Part shown: piece after piece, positions 1 through 13,179 of the stretch | Layout of the letters: each line of letters starts with the position of its first letter | How positions within the stretch are numbered: position 1 is the first letter of the stretch | NCBI RefSeq assembly: GCF_018977255.1 | Contig: NW_024704742.1 | Location: 46,006,001-46,070,000 of the forward strand | DNA length: 64,000 nt | Source: Callorhinchus milii | Lineage: Eukaryota | Reading direction: 5' to 3' | Notes under the pieces: model-generated | The model's input: the letters and a program-made list of their open reading frames with translations, nothing else | The model's database searches: none | What the model was told of the DNA's origin: nothing | Made by a program: the position numbers and the translations under genes

Positions 1-333
1 TGATATAGCGCCTTATCACGTCTTCAAGACATCTCTAAGAGCTTCACGGAATGTATTGAAAAGTGAAATAACTATATTTTGTGGCCGAAACCTGGTAGCC
101 AATTGTGCACAGCAGTGTCCCACAAACAGTTGTGGATTAAGTGACCAATTTTTTTTAAGGTATTATTATCCCCAGAAAAGTGATCTGTCAATCAACTATG
201 GGTTCCTACTTACTGCTAGGTAAACAGAGAAGTGTGGAGTAAGGGAACTTGACAAACGTTTCGTCCTGCCGGAAATAGAACCCAGGTCTCTCGCTTGAGG
301 GGTGAGTGCTCTAACCACTGAGTTACAGGACTC
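1..333 (-). mobile_element. tRNA-derived SINE with L2-like tail (dominant young family)
   Basis: Reverse complement of the tRNA-like head (agtcctgtaactcagtggttagagcactc...ctgggttctattt) at about 265-333. The body and tail motifs (tgtcccacaaacag, gatatagcgccttatcacg) recur many times in the window. Confidence 0.9.
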
Positions 334-909
334 TGAAATCTGGCATAGATGGTGTCAAAGGATATAATAAATATAACAACTCACATTTATGCAGCACCCT
401 TCACATTCAATAATATGTCATAGCGCTTTACAATGAAGAGTTGAAATGAACTGAGTAAAGAAGAAGGGAGAGGGGGGAAAAGAGAGATGACTACAGGTAG
501 GTTTTAAGGTGGGATTTAAAGACAAATAGAAAGGAAGTGAGACAGAGATAGAGGAAAGGAGTTCCAGAGATTAGGGGCATAGTCGCTAAGAGTCTTCATA
601 CCTTAGGAATGTGTTGATTGCGATGCATCAGTACTTAGAAAACACGATGTACAGCCTGACACAACAGAAATGGCCCTCATAGACACAATGGCAGTCAATT
701 TGTTTATGATTAGATAAATAACAAGTAGCCAGTACATGGTAAAATGTTAAAGTTCATTCCTTTGTTCTGCTGCGTCAAACTAACTGAGCTTGATCAAGAT
801 AAATAGCCAAGTTAGGGAAATAAAAGCTTTAATCGATTCCAGATAAAACAAATCCATGTGTCGGGATGTTGCCGGGACATCTGAAGTCCAACCTGTTTTA
901 TTTAATTTA

Positions 910-1290
910 GGAGAAGGTCCTCATGTTCAAATCCCTCCATGGTCTTGCTGCACCCTACTTCTGTGACCTCAAGAAATCCTACTCTGAACTCTGAAAAAGT
1001 CATTCTTTCCTCTCACCAGTCTACTTCATGTCACCCACTCTCTCTGCCCTACCATCAGCTGGTGAGCCTTTAACCATTCTACATCCACTGTCTGGAACTC
1101 CATCCTGGAGACCTCTGCTTCTCGCTCTCTCTCCCTGCCCTCAAAGCGTGACTTAAGGCCAATCATTTACACCATGCTTTCAGACATCTTCCCCCCTCCT
1201 CTCACTTACCTCAGACTTGCAGTCAGATGTCTGACAAACTTTGAAACATCCTCCCAGTATGAAAGGCACTGTAACAAAGCGAATTATTTT
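910..1290 (+). mobile_element. Old L2 LINE 3' fragment
   Basis: Degenerate match to the L2 end seen at 24.8, 49 and 55 kb (ctggaactccatcc, accatgctttcag, gaaaggcactgt tail). Confidence 0.6.
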
Positions 1291-2159
1291 GTTTTTGTAA
1301 AGGTTTCTTTCAATAGAAGCTAACTACTGGAATTCCAACTTCTTTGCAAAGACAAAAACTGTTAACACCTCACTTAGATTATTCTGAAAGAGGGCTAGAT
1401 TTTGCCCATAATGACTGTCTCATACTAATGAAGTTATTGCACTCCTCTTAGAGGTGACAGTTCATTTATACCAGTCACATTAGGAATTGAAATGTTACTG
1501 TAAGTCAAGGACACCATTGCATTTTTATATTAAAATACATTGTTTGATTTTTATCCTTGAATGTTAAGAATCGTGCAAAGCAAGTTAGAGCATGTTGTCA
1601 TGGCAGTTATACATATTAGCATTATTTTGTTCTTCTCTGTAAACCCTAAGGAATCCTGAATTTACAGACATCAAAGAGCTCTAAATGGATTTCATTCCAC
1701 ATATATAGGTTTCATCAGCTCTGTGCAATTATTTATAGTATAAATTAATAATGCATTCAAATTAATATGCTGTTCATATATATGCTTGAAATTTTAAAAG
1801 CTGTTTAAAATAGCTCAAATAACATTGTAATTTTGTAACAGTGGATTTCTCCATCAAGAGATGCACAAGTGGCTCAGATTTCCATACTATTTTATTGCAC
1901 AAAAACGTGTTGAAATAAAAGATTTGTGTCTAGTGAAATGATACTTATGAAAGAGATTGAACTTTTTTTTCCAATTGCACCTATTCACATCAAACCTATT
2001 CTAAGAGCTCAACAGGTATTTACTGTGACTCCATTCACCTCCCCATGCGAGCAATCAACCTGCTGGTTACTACCCATCCTAATCACACAGAAGCCAGACA
2101 TTTTTGACTTCCCAGGTTAAAAAAAACAGCTGACCATCAGGTCCCAGCTGACATCATGT

Positions 2160-2760
2160 CCTATTCTATGCACAGCTGCGGCAACGGACAGATGGGACCT
2201 GACCCCAACTGGAGCCGCTCCTATGCTAGCCGCGCTAAATCCCAAAGAGTCAGGGTCCTAACCCCACGGAGGCCGACATCAGGGTAGGCTCGTCGTGTAG
2301 AAGAGCGTCCCCGCAAAAATGTAACGAGTAAGGAATATAATGTTTGTATCTGGATAAATGTATGTCTGTCTGGCCGACTCTCCTCATAAAGGGGGAGCTG
2401 CAGATAGCAAACCGGGTTGTTTGGCCTATTGTATATTTGTGGTGCAAATTGTTTGGGGAATTCAGGAGGAACACGTGCGTGTTCAATGCACGTGTTCCTC
2501 CTGAAACAATGGTGTGCGTGTGAAGTGCACACAGGTAGTGCACACAGGGGTGGCTCCCCCTCAGTGTAAAACGAGCGTTCCACAAACGGGTACACACTAC
2601 ATAGCCGGGTTCGTCGCTATTCTGTAATGGAAGATGTTGTGTTTTGTGTTTGTTGCACTGTTTCCAATATATAATATCTTCCAAATAAATATACATTTTC
2701 AAAAAAAAGCGATAAGAATTCTGTGGACCCAAACTTTACATTTATAATGGGGCTCCACTG
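2160..2760. mobile_element. Truncated pogo/Tigger-like (Tc1/mariner superfamily) DNA transposon remnant
   Basis: A CpG-richer block ends in ...ttataatggggctccactg|ta, which reads TA|CAGTGGAGCCCCATTATAA on the minus strand, the usual pogo/Tigger terminus shape. The second TIR was not found and no transposase was recognised. Confidence 0.5.
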
Positions 2761-3365
2761 TATACAGTCACCACACTTTATTCTGTGTAGTGATTTGACA
2801 TTTTTTTACCTGATAAAGGCACTATATCATGCACAGATTATTATTAGGGAAGAAACTCAGAAAGGGACATTATTATAATTGTAAAATATACATAGAGTCA
2901 CCTCAATTGCCTAACATAAGTGTGCAGTAAGCACAACTGAAAATTTAATACTAGAATCCAAACTGATCCAACGTTAAACAGATCTGCAAAATCAAATTTT
3001 GAAAAAATATGCAAAATAGGTTTGGGTTAATTTAAGATCATATAGATTTATTTCCCAAGTAACCTGCTGCCATCTATCTGTGACACCACTGCCTGGAATA
3101 TATTCAAGTAACTTGCATACTAAGTGGGTAATATCTTTCAAAAATGTACAGTACTTCTGTGCAGGTAATACAAAATAATAGCTCACAAGAGAGTGGTGGA
3201 TTAAGAAGGCCATTTCATCTCATCCTTTTATAATGTCCACCAATAGTTCAAAATTAATTTTCTGACTTTCATTTTTTAAATTATTTTTAGTTTAAAAAGT
3301 GACATTTGCATTCTGTAACAATTCTAACTGTGGCAGGACCAAGGTGTCATAAAATTATTAAGTCA

Positions 3366-3523
3366 GAGCAGTCATACAGACCAGTAGTAGTTCAGCTGCA
3401 GCAGTGATACAGGCTGAGCAGAAGTACAGTCCAGCAGTGATAGGGTCCCAGCAGTGATACAGCTGATAGGTGCTACATCCTCAACAGTGATAAAGCCCAA
3501 CAGATATTACAGCTCCAGCAATG
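3366..3523. repeat. Degenerate minisatellite, about 17-18 bp unit (CAGCAGTGATACAGCTC-like), about 9 copies
   Basis: Successive variants: gcagtcatacag, gcagtgatacag, gcagaagtacag, gcagtgataggg, gcagtgatacag, acagtgataaag. Confidence 0.75.
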
Positions 3524-3855
3524 CCATTGTGTTGCTTCAATGGCAGAGTCATATCAACATACACATTTTGTAATGAACTCATTGGGATGATAGAAAGGAG
3601 CTGTCACACTTACTGGTTCTAACCCTGAAACTGTGTTCTTTCCATTGAGAGAGCGCAAACAGAAGTCAGAGAAAGGAGGAACTTGGAGAAAGGAAGTGAG
3701 AGAGAGAGACAAAAACTAGAAGTAAGAAAAAATGCAACACAATAAAAATGTACAATTGTATGATATACCTTTCATGTTGGGAAGAAATCCCCAAACACTT
3801 AACAGTGCTGGCTGGATACCTGAACTGGGAGTTGGAGCGAAGGTGGGGTGTGTAA

Positions 3856-4517
3856 ATAATAATAATAGTAATCCTTGCATTTGATATAGCGCCTTATCAA
3901 ATCTCAAAGAGCTTCACAGAATATAGTGTAAAGTGAATTGACACCATTTCACCATGCCGGTAGTAGAACCCAAGTCTCTCATTTGCGATAGGAGTGCGCT
4001 AACCACTGAACTACAGGACTCCACCTGTAAAGATAAATAAACAAATAAGTAAGTAAATAAATATGTAGGTAAATAGATACATAAATAAATATTCAAGTAG
4101 ATAGACAGATGGAGGGAGGGAGGCACGGATGGATAGAAAGATACATGATAATAATCCTTGCATTTGATATAGCATCTTATCAAGTCATTGAGAGATCTCA
4201 AAACCCTTCACAGAATATTCTGTAAAGTGAATTGATTGTTTATTTTGTGGGTGAGACACAGCAGCCAATTGTGCACAGCAGTGTCCCACAAACAGTCGTG
4301 GATTGAGTGACCAAATTATTATTATTATTTTTTAATGGATTATTACTGCTGGGAAGTAAACAACTAGTAAAATAACAACCAAGGTTCTAATTTTTATTAA
4401 GTAAACAGAGGCTTGTGGATCGAGGAAACCTGCCTAAGGTTTCTCCTTGACCAGGAATCAAACCCGGGTTCTCTCACGTGCAAAGCGAGTGCTCTAACCA
4501 CTACATTACGGGACTCG
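3856..4517 (-). mobile_element. Two SINE copies (internally deleted 3856-4023; near full-length 4147-4517) separated by a simple repeat
   Basis: Each has the tail ataatccttgcatttgatatagc and a head ending in ggactc. Confidence 0.85.
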
Positions 4518-5774
4518 ATAGGCGGAACATTATATGTAAGGAAATAAGAATTATTAATATGCATATAAAATGGGAATAGTCTTGACCTAGTTTAGTCTTA
4601 AAATTGAAGCTCAAACACAACTGTGGAACATTGTCAAATTTCAATCTTAAGCCGGCTTTCCGCAGTTATAAACCGAATGTAACAATTTTTCTGCAACAAA
4701 ATAGTCTCGCAGGCTAAAAGAGTGTTCTATTTTATGCTTTTTTTTTTACGTTTTCCCACTCCCAACACACACAAACACACACCACACACAAGTCTAGTGC
4801 AGTAGGATTATGGTGGCTTTTAAAGGTTTCAGAAATATTTTTATTGTATAATTCTCACTGCTAGCACAGTGAGGAAGCTTTCATCCTGTCAGTCTGAACT
4901 GAGTTCCAAATCAGCTCTCAGAGGTGAAAGGACAAGTGCTTTATCAATTGCACCACCATGGCTCCCTTAGTCCTTTGCCTTGTAGATTAAAATTCAAAAA
5001 TTAGAATGCATTTAACTGGTTTGTCAGGAGATTTTTTAAGCAACCGCAAGGACAGCTAACTCTTAAAGGTTTATTACATTAAAATGCCTTACTCTAGTCA
5101 TAGCTGTCTGAGATTAATTAGATGTGTCTTAAGGGTTCAAGCTCTCCACAGGCACGGGGTCTATCCTGTTAAAGTAATTAATTTTACAGTTCTAGGTTTT
5201 CATCATGCAGCAATCCATTGGTGCATCATTACAATAAGTATTCTTTAATTAAACTGAAAAATGCTGCTCTTGTCATATTTAGTGTTGCACTGCAAAAGAA
5301 TCTTATATTCTCTAGGGGTTTAACATACACTTGCTTTAACATACATATCTAGACTATAAACTTTTACATATCCTTCAAAATCCATTTCCATTATCTTTCT
5401 GCAAAATAGGGTTATGCCAAATGTGAAAGTATAAAAGGGAAATAGCAAAACCTTTATCATAGTATTCCATTAATGGGAGCAAGGAAAGTCTAATGATCTC
5501 TCTAATTTTGTTCTTGCATGCCTTCAAGTATGTAGCAAACCTGAACATATTCACGTTGTAATGACCGCTGTGACTTGGTTCTCAAAGCACATTTGTTTCA
5601 AAGTAATTATTGTTCTTATGTAACATCATCTGAAAATTCAGATGTGAAGCAAAGTTTCACTGTAGGCTGAAATAAATGATGTATCCTCCAAAAGAAGGCT
5701 TCTTATTCTGAGTTTTAATTACGTCAGATTGGAAAGAATGTTTTCGCCAGAATAAACTTTGCAAAATATTTTCA

Positions 5775-6015
5775 TGCTCTATTGGTGGATTGCTTTTCTG
5801 GGGGTAATAATTCCTTCAAAAAATAATAATAATAAATTGGTCACTTTAATCCATGACTGTTGGTGGGAATCTGCTGTGTGCAATTCACTGCCACGTTTCA
5901 CCCACAAAATATACAGTCTATTCACTTTACAGTATATTCTGTGAAGTTCTTTGAGACGTCTAGAAGACGTGATAAGGCGCTATATCAAATGCAAGGATTA
6001 TTACTATTATTGTTA
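5775..6015 (+). mobile_element. 5'-truncated SINE
   Basis: Body and tail gtgataaggcgctatatcaaatgcaaggattattac. Confidence 0.85.
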
Positions 6016-6651
6016 TTAACAAAGATGGGATTATAAGAATATATAGGTGAATCTTGCCAGTCCTGACTTTTTTTACATTGGAACATTGATGGCAATTATT
6101 AACATTTTGTAATTGGACATGTGTGAATGGTACAAGTTGGAACACAGCTTGAACTTACTTCAGGAAAGGATTCGCATCCTCAGCATCAATCCATCAATCA
6201 GATTACAACAACAGCAACAACAAAGTTACATTTCTAAAGAGCCTTTCACGTCGGGAGGATGTCCCAAGACGCTTGACCCAAGATTAGATTATGAATTCCA
6301 TGCCATACAATATGAGTATGCAGCCTTCCTGTCGGGGATATGTTGACAGATCACAACCAGATTGTTTTTAGTAATTTTATTATAATAATCCTTGCAATTT
6401 ATATAGTGATTCACTCAGCAGGAAGACTTCTCAAAGTGCTTCACAGGATACACTTCAAAGGGCAATGACAGTGTAATTTGTAGGCTTTGAGGTGATGGGA
6501 AACTGTTTGAGAGGGAGGAGGGAGAAAACAATTTTTTACACTGCTCAAGCAGGCCTCCTGGTGGATAACTAGAAGCCCAGTGTAAATAACATGCTGTATA
6601 TGAGGATTGACAAGCATTTCACTATCTCCACAGCTCTAGCCAATAAACTGT

Positions 6652-7030
6652 GGAGGCCTGTCACATATTGGTTAGAGCACTCGCCTCACAAGTGAGAGGA
6701 CAACGGTTCAATTTCCGGGAGGGGCGAAACATGAGGCAAGTTTCCTTACTCCATACACCTCTGTTTACCTTGCATTAAGTAAGAACCCGGTTGTTAGTGG
6801 ATTGGCAGATCACTTTTCTGGAGGTAATAATCCATTCAAAAAATAATAATAATAATTTATTCATTCAATCCACAACTGTTTGTGGGACACTGCTGTGCGC
6901 AATTAACTGCCATGTTTCGTCCACAAAATATTTAGTCAATTCACATATTCTGTGAAGCGCTTTAAGACGTCTCAAATACATGATAAGGAGCTTTATCAAT
7001 TGTAAGGATAATTATTATTATTATTGTTAT
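6652..7030 (+). mobile_element. Full-length tRNA-derived SINE
   Basis: Head with A/B-box-like tggttagagcactcgcc...ggttcaatttcc, followed by body and (TTA)n tail. Confidence 0.9.
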
Positions 7031-7831
7031 TACTATATTATTATCTTCCTGAATGAGGATAGCAGCATTATTACCCAGTATATGGAGAAAGGAGCGAGGG
7101 GAGAGAAAATGACAACTTGCAGAAGCAATAGGATTTGAAAACGTAACTTTAAACATTTCCCAGATGCTTTTGTTTCTGAGGTCTTTTTCTCTCATGCTTA
7201 AATCTCTTGGTCTTTCGGATAATTAGAACCAATTAAAAATCTACAGGATCTGTTTTTCAACAATCTGTTCATGTTAACGTCAGGTTTATGAAATAGATTC
7301 ATATTGAAAAGATCACTGGCCTTTATGTAATAAGGCAGCCTTACAATGGAGCTGTTTTCCATTAGGTTTCTGCATTAATATTTAAATAGCTTTTGAAAGA
7401 AAAATAATTCAGGACAAGGTAATTAAACAGAATAATCTAAGATGTAGATTTATCACTTTTTGAATACAGATACGTGAAATATTTTAAAATATTAATCAGA
7501 AGCTTTGAAAGTGCTTGAAACTACAAGATGAAGTCTACTATAAAGCATAATGGCTACCAGCCTTACACAGTATGTATTTTTACAATTCTTCCCGTGGGAC
7601 TCGAAAGGATTGCTGTTTGTCTAATAGGCGGCAATTTCCAACAGAATTCAGAGTGGATACTCCTTAATAAAAACAATTATCTTTGCATTTGGTATCATAC
7701 CTTATCATATTGAAAAGTCTCAAAGCACTTCACACTTTAGTGCAGTTACTGTTTTTATTGGCAAATGTTGTAGCCAATTTGTGCACAGTAATTTCCCATA
7801 AACAGCCATGAAATGATAGACCATTTTTTTA

Positions 7832-7975
7832 ATAGAAACATAGGAGTAGGCCATTCAACCCATTGAGCCTGTTCCGACATTCTGTAAGATCATGGCTGAA
7901 CTGTATCTCAAATCCAATTACCTGCCCTTGCCCTATATCCCTTAATATCCTGACCTAACAAATATCTGGCTAATC
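7832..7975 (-). mobile_element. CR1-type LINE 3' UTR fragment
   Basis: atagaaacataggagtaggccattc is the reverse complement of the CR1-type end gaatggcctactcct...tctat (compare 63728-63760). Confidence 0.65.
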
Positions 7976-8716
7976 TATCAATGTAATATTTTGGCTAGGT
8001 CATCGGAGGAACTGTCTTCTCTTTTTGAATAGTATCCTGAGGTCTTTGATGGGATCCGCCTGAAAATGGGGATGGAACGTTGATTTAACATCTCATCCGG
8101 AGAATCGCATCTCTGACAATGCAGAGCTCGCCAGATCTGCATTGGATTGTCTGCATGTGAATGCAAAGTCAATAGCCAGAAGTATGTTATATATTTCATA
8201 CCATGTTCAGGGGTTCCAAGATTCCAGTGTTCCAGTTACTTTAAAAGGAAATCCATCTGAAATCTTTGCATATCATTTGCTTTATCAAGTGTCCAAAGGG
8301 GTTTGGACATTAAACAATTTCTTCTACTATGTTTTTTATTGTCAGTAATATTTCTGATGGTTCCAGTGATGTATATTGAATCAGGCAACACTGAGGATAG
8401 AGGTTACCATTTTCTAACATAAGTTTACAATGTCTACAAGAGTTTACAATGAGTTTGGAATCTTTTTGAGGGAAAACACAAACAAAGCTCATCAAGTTTG
8501 TGAAGGAGAAGAGGGTAAATGACAGTTAAATCAGACCACATTGAATCTAAATAAGGTTCACGTATATCGTAATGTAAATCCTCCTCAAAGATCAAAGATG
8601 TATTATCCGATCAAGTATGAATACAGAAATCTAGCCTTTGCTCCTATTATGGTTGCCTTTCGTCTTTAGGATGAACAGGGTCAATGAAAAGATTTGGGTG
8701 TCACAAGACCAAAAAT

Positions 8717-8962
8717 CTCAGGAGAAGATTACATACGAAAAGGAACATCAACAGGCCCAACATTTACCTGGAACTAACAGGGAAGCAGTAAGGAAGGGGG
8801 TTAAGGCTTTCCAAGGAGTTTATTGTTGAATGTGTTAAATTACACCATATGACTGGAATGGATTTTCTAGGATTACAAGTGTTCTGTCTGCGATGGTGAA
8901 GATCACGACTGCCCTCAATTATTTTGTCACTGGGTTATTTTAATGACCTGGGGGACATCACA
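8717..8962 (+). pseudogene. Decayed PIF/Harbinger transposase (N-terminal part)
   Basis: Translation with a stop and a frameshift gives IYLELTGKQ*GRGLRLSKEFIVECVKL ... VLSAMVKITTALNYFVTGLF* ..LGDIT. This resembles the Harbinger pattern FLDLSEEQCLRRLRLSR...LPVAVKVTAALNFFATGSFQ...GD, recalled from memory and not searched. Confidence 0.6.
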
Positions 8963-10589
8963 GACAGACGCTTAATTAGGACACTGGTGCTTGGCATCTG
9001 CTCATGTTTACTAGTGATCTGTCTGAAAGCAAACCCCTGTACTTCCTTCCATAAGTTCAGAGAAACCTAATTTCATGGTTGAGCAAATTCTCTCTCCCAA
9101 ACTGCCCAACCTTGACCAAAGGGCTCTTGGATAGTAGACCACTACTGCAGGTTAGATCATTTTAAAATTACATCACATGTTGCTTAATACTGACGTATAA
9201 ATAATTGTATTGTAGCTATCACGTTGCTTTCCATGTTGTGTGGTGGACCATAATGTGTATTTTTCTGCACCTTAGTTTGAAGGCTAGTACCTGATTTCAC
9301 TGATTTTTGTTGCTACATCCTCTTTTGGTCTCTCGGATACATCTCTTTCTCGTGCAGATATGACTTGTTCCACACTTATCAAGATACAAGTGTCCTTTCA
9401 TCTCTACAGGTGTCTAGGATAATAATAAAGTGGTTACATTCAGCTATTTCAGTCTTCAGGCATTAGTTATCTTTCTCCTAAACCAAGTCAGTGTTGTGTG
9501 CAGTGATATGCAACAAATTATCTGTAACCAGCCTCTGCTGTTTAGCATTGACACAGTAGTGTGTATTCTCATGGCTTCAAGCCAACAGGAGAACGTAGAA
9601 GAGCAGGAGCATTCAAGAATTGATTTTAAAAAATCCTGAGCAGAGAATGAAAATTCAGGACATGCACAGACTACCAGGTCACATTTCCTACACATTCTAG
9701 GGTGGGGGTTGCTTTTCCTCATTTTCAGTCAATGTTTAAAAGCAGCCATGTTATAAAATAACGTGTTCACTAAACAGCTCATCCGCTGCTTCCAGAAAAG
9801 GCTCCAAAAGATTTGTCCACACAACGTACATCCTCAGGATGTCTCAACAACCTCTCAGTTCATATTTATTGACCTGGTGGGCTTCCAGTTAGAAGCACGA
9901 GCATGGAGAATTGGTTCTTGTGAGTAATTTGACAGTTTTTCCAATGATATATAAAGTTGTTCAGTTGCTGAAGGTTACATTCTAATATTAGCTGTCAGAT
10001 GCTACCCATGTATGTGCTGAACCAGTGGAACCACATTGAATGGCCCTCAATGCCTGATAAATAAAGAACATGAGGATAATCAAAGGCCTACTTTCTTCAA
10101 GAAGCCCAATTCACATTTGCTGAGCCAGCACTCCAACCAGGTCTGACTGACCCCGGGTGATTGGAACTGTTTCCTTCCCTCCCCCCATAAACTATTCTTG
10201 TGCTTTTTCCTAGTGCACCAAACAACAATGGTACTCAAAGTAAGCAGTCTTCCATTGAAGATGGGGGAAGCGGTAGGCATGTTCTCCAGCCAGCATGAAG
10301 GGAATTATGGCATGCATTGCTTTATTCTTGGCAAACATCTGCAAAAACAGCCGTTTGCCACCTTTTTAATTGCATGCTGCAATATGAAGCTGGCCAGGAA
10401 TATAAACTGACTCAATTGACACCTTCCTCTTGGCTACTGTAGCTTTAAATTTGAGATGCAACTGTTTTCAGTTTTTAATGATATGAAAAATGCTATGACA
10501 CATCTGTGTGGATTATGGAAAGGTTACATTGTGTGAAAGATCACCCCTCAGTCATGTATGAAATCAAAGGACAACAGGAGAAGCTCTCT

Positions 10590-10815
10590 TCTCTTTTCAA
10601 ACAGTGCCACAAGTTCTTTAACCTTAACAAGTAGATGGGACCTTGGTTTAACATCTCATGCAAAGGACTGCATCTCCAACAATGTGGCACATTTGCAGCA
10701 CTGCAGTGGAATGTCAGTTTAGATATGAGTTCAAAGGCCTGATGTGGGGCTAGAAGTCACAACCTTTGGACACTGGTCTCAGAGGTGTGCATGCTACCAA
10801 CTGAGCCAAGTTGAT
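10590..10815 (-). mobile_element. Older Deu-core SINE
   Basis: Reverse complement of the core (ttggtttaacatctcat...gcatctccaacaatg) and tRNA-like head (gctaccaactgagccaag). Confidence 0.7.
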
Positions 10816-12593
10816 GTGTCATTCATATAGAAACATACTTTTGGATGATGTTGAGATACTTAATGTCACTGGAATGTTACATTCACAAACAATGGGTTGA
10901 ACATTTAAGCATAAAGTACAACAACAACAACTTGCACTTATATAGCACCATCCACACAGGGTAGCATCTCAGAGCACTTAGTACAGCAAGAACCAGCAGA
11001 GAATATATCTCAGATAAAGATAAATCTTTCTCTTTCCCTTCCCCTTTTACACTCTTGCTTTGAATTAAGTTTCACGGATTAACCATTTATTTACTTATGA
11101 ATTTGACAAAGAGGATTTTTGTCAGGAGATCATTGTTATCCATTATATAAAAAAACTCATAGAACTTTCTTGGTTTGTTTACTCTTATTTTTAGTTTAGA
11201 ACTACAACTACCAAGGAATAGGAGCTGGTGCAAACAGGAAAGAGACACACGTTTTGAGTTAATAAAAGACAAGAGGCTAAAGTAATTCACAAAAATATCT
11301 GTCATTCTCCAATGACAGGTCACCAGGTTACCAAACTGGACCTTACACAGCTTGTATAGCATTTGCAAAAAATACTGATTCAAAAATTAACTATGTGAAT
11401 GATGGATTCACACATCACTTGCATCATAAATCCCTTATTCTCTCAGAAAGCAGGCACATACTTCAAACATTTTCAGAATTTACCCAAGGACAATGAAAAT
11501 AACTACGCCATGGCTGGGTATAAGGTAGCATGGTGCATGCATCACTGCAAAGATAGAACACTAGTTAAAATATGTATTTTTCAGCCGTCTATCAAAACTG
11601 TTGGAGTGGGAGAAAAGTAATGAACATGACCCCAACTCCTCCACCAACACAAATATACACAAACATACTCCAGAATTATTTGGAGTCAACAATTTTTTTC
11701 TGAAACAATATTGGAATTCAGATCTGGATGGATTTGCTGACTGTAACTTACAGTTTGTAAACTTTGTGGAACATGAATCTTCACACTGATGGATTTTACA
11801 GATGATCTTTTGCAAATATTGATAGGACTACAAAGGAAGGGGCATTTCAATCAACAGGAAAGCTTCATAGTTTCTTAGATCTGTGAGGTTGAGTGTGCTG
11901 ATGTAAATGTTGGTTAAATGCCAGGAAAGAGATTAATTTTATTGTTCCCCAGGCTATCGAGGACACATATTCATTGACTAACATGCTCCTAGATGTATGA
12001 TCAGATTGCTAAATGTCTCTTTTTACTTGTTTCTATGTGTAGTCTGTGGGGAGCCAAGGGCAACCTGGATCAATATATTTGAACATACTCTTGCCACCAT
12101 ATCAATATTCTATCACCATCAGGATCGGAGCTTGAACACCTGCCTGGCTCATAATTCCAGGACTTCTGACCAAGAAAGTGTGAGGAGTCGGAAGATGAGC
12201 ATCTTAGGATTTTCAGTGCTATTGGAGATGACAAAGAATGACCCTTGTCACCTTGAAGGTAGGTTGAAAAAATAAACATCCCTTGAAGATGAAAGTCATG
12301 GGAGAAGAGCTTGTGTTGTTATCTGAAACAAAATCTGTAATACTCACAGTTCTCCAGGGATTGATGCAAAGTTAGAATCACAACAGTTACATCGAATGAT
12401 ACAGCATGAAAACAGGCTACTCGACTCAAATCATTTATACTGGTATTTATACTCCACACAAACCTTTGATTCTCTCGAGTCCCTTCTCTCCCTCATGACT
12501 TCTTTAAAATTCTTAATTAATGCTTCATAATTGATTAAAAAACATAGCATCAATTCTCCATTCTCAAGACCAAATATGGTGGGCGAAAGGTCA

Positions 12594-12817
12594 ATGATTC
12601 ATAACCAATTTGATGTGATATTTCTTATAGGAATATTCTTAAATTCAGTCTGAATTTGGAAGCCTTTTTTCCCATAGTTCATAAAAAAAAGTGACTTCCA
12701 AAATAATACTGAGTTTATGAATTATCCACAATCTGTGCAATCTCACACTTTTAGAGAAAATGATCTTATAAAAACTTTTCCTTTAAGAACCATCGCCTCA
12801 AATTGGTTATGAATCAT
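12594..12817. mobile_element. MITE-like element with 26-bp inverted termini
   Basis: atgattcataaccaatttgatgtgat (12594-12619) versus atcgcctcaaattggttatgaatcat (12792-12817), with 24/26 complementary positions. Confidence 0.6.
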
Positions 12818-13179
12818 GGAGTACTGTGGCTTAGTGGTTAAAGCAATCGCCTCGCAAGCGAGAGGATCTGGGTTTGATTCCCAGCAGGGAGAAACGTTTG
12901 GCAAATTTCCTTACTCCATACATCTCTGTTCACCTAGCAGTAAGTAGGAGACCAGTTGTTAGTCAATTGGAGGATTGCTTTTCAGGTGGTAATAATCGGA
13001 AAAACACGACTCTTTGTGGGATACTGCTGTGTGCAGTTGGCTGCTGTGTTTTTCGCACAAAATATACAGTGAATTCGTTTTACAGTATATTCTGTGAAGT
13101 GCTTGGAGGCATCTCAAAGACGTGTTAAGGGCTATATCAAATGCAAGGATTTTTATAATTATTGTTATTATTATTATTA
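12818..13179 (+). mobile_element. Full-length tRNA-derived SINE
   Basis: Head ggagtactgtggcttagtggttaaagcaatcgcctcgcaagcgag...ggtttgattcc and (TTA)n tail. Confidence 0.9.

Noticed and set aside
2221..2732. 124-aa and 160-aa minus-strand ORFs
   Set aside because: No recognisable domain or transposase motif; they lie within a GC-richer repeat remnant.
3366..3523. CRISPR-like or coding repeat
   Set aside because: There are no unique spacers, the unit length is not a constant multiple of three, and the context is eukaryotic.
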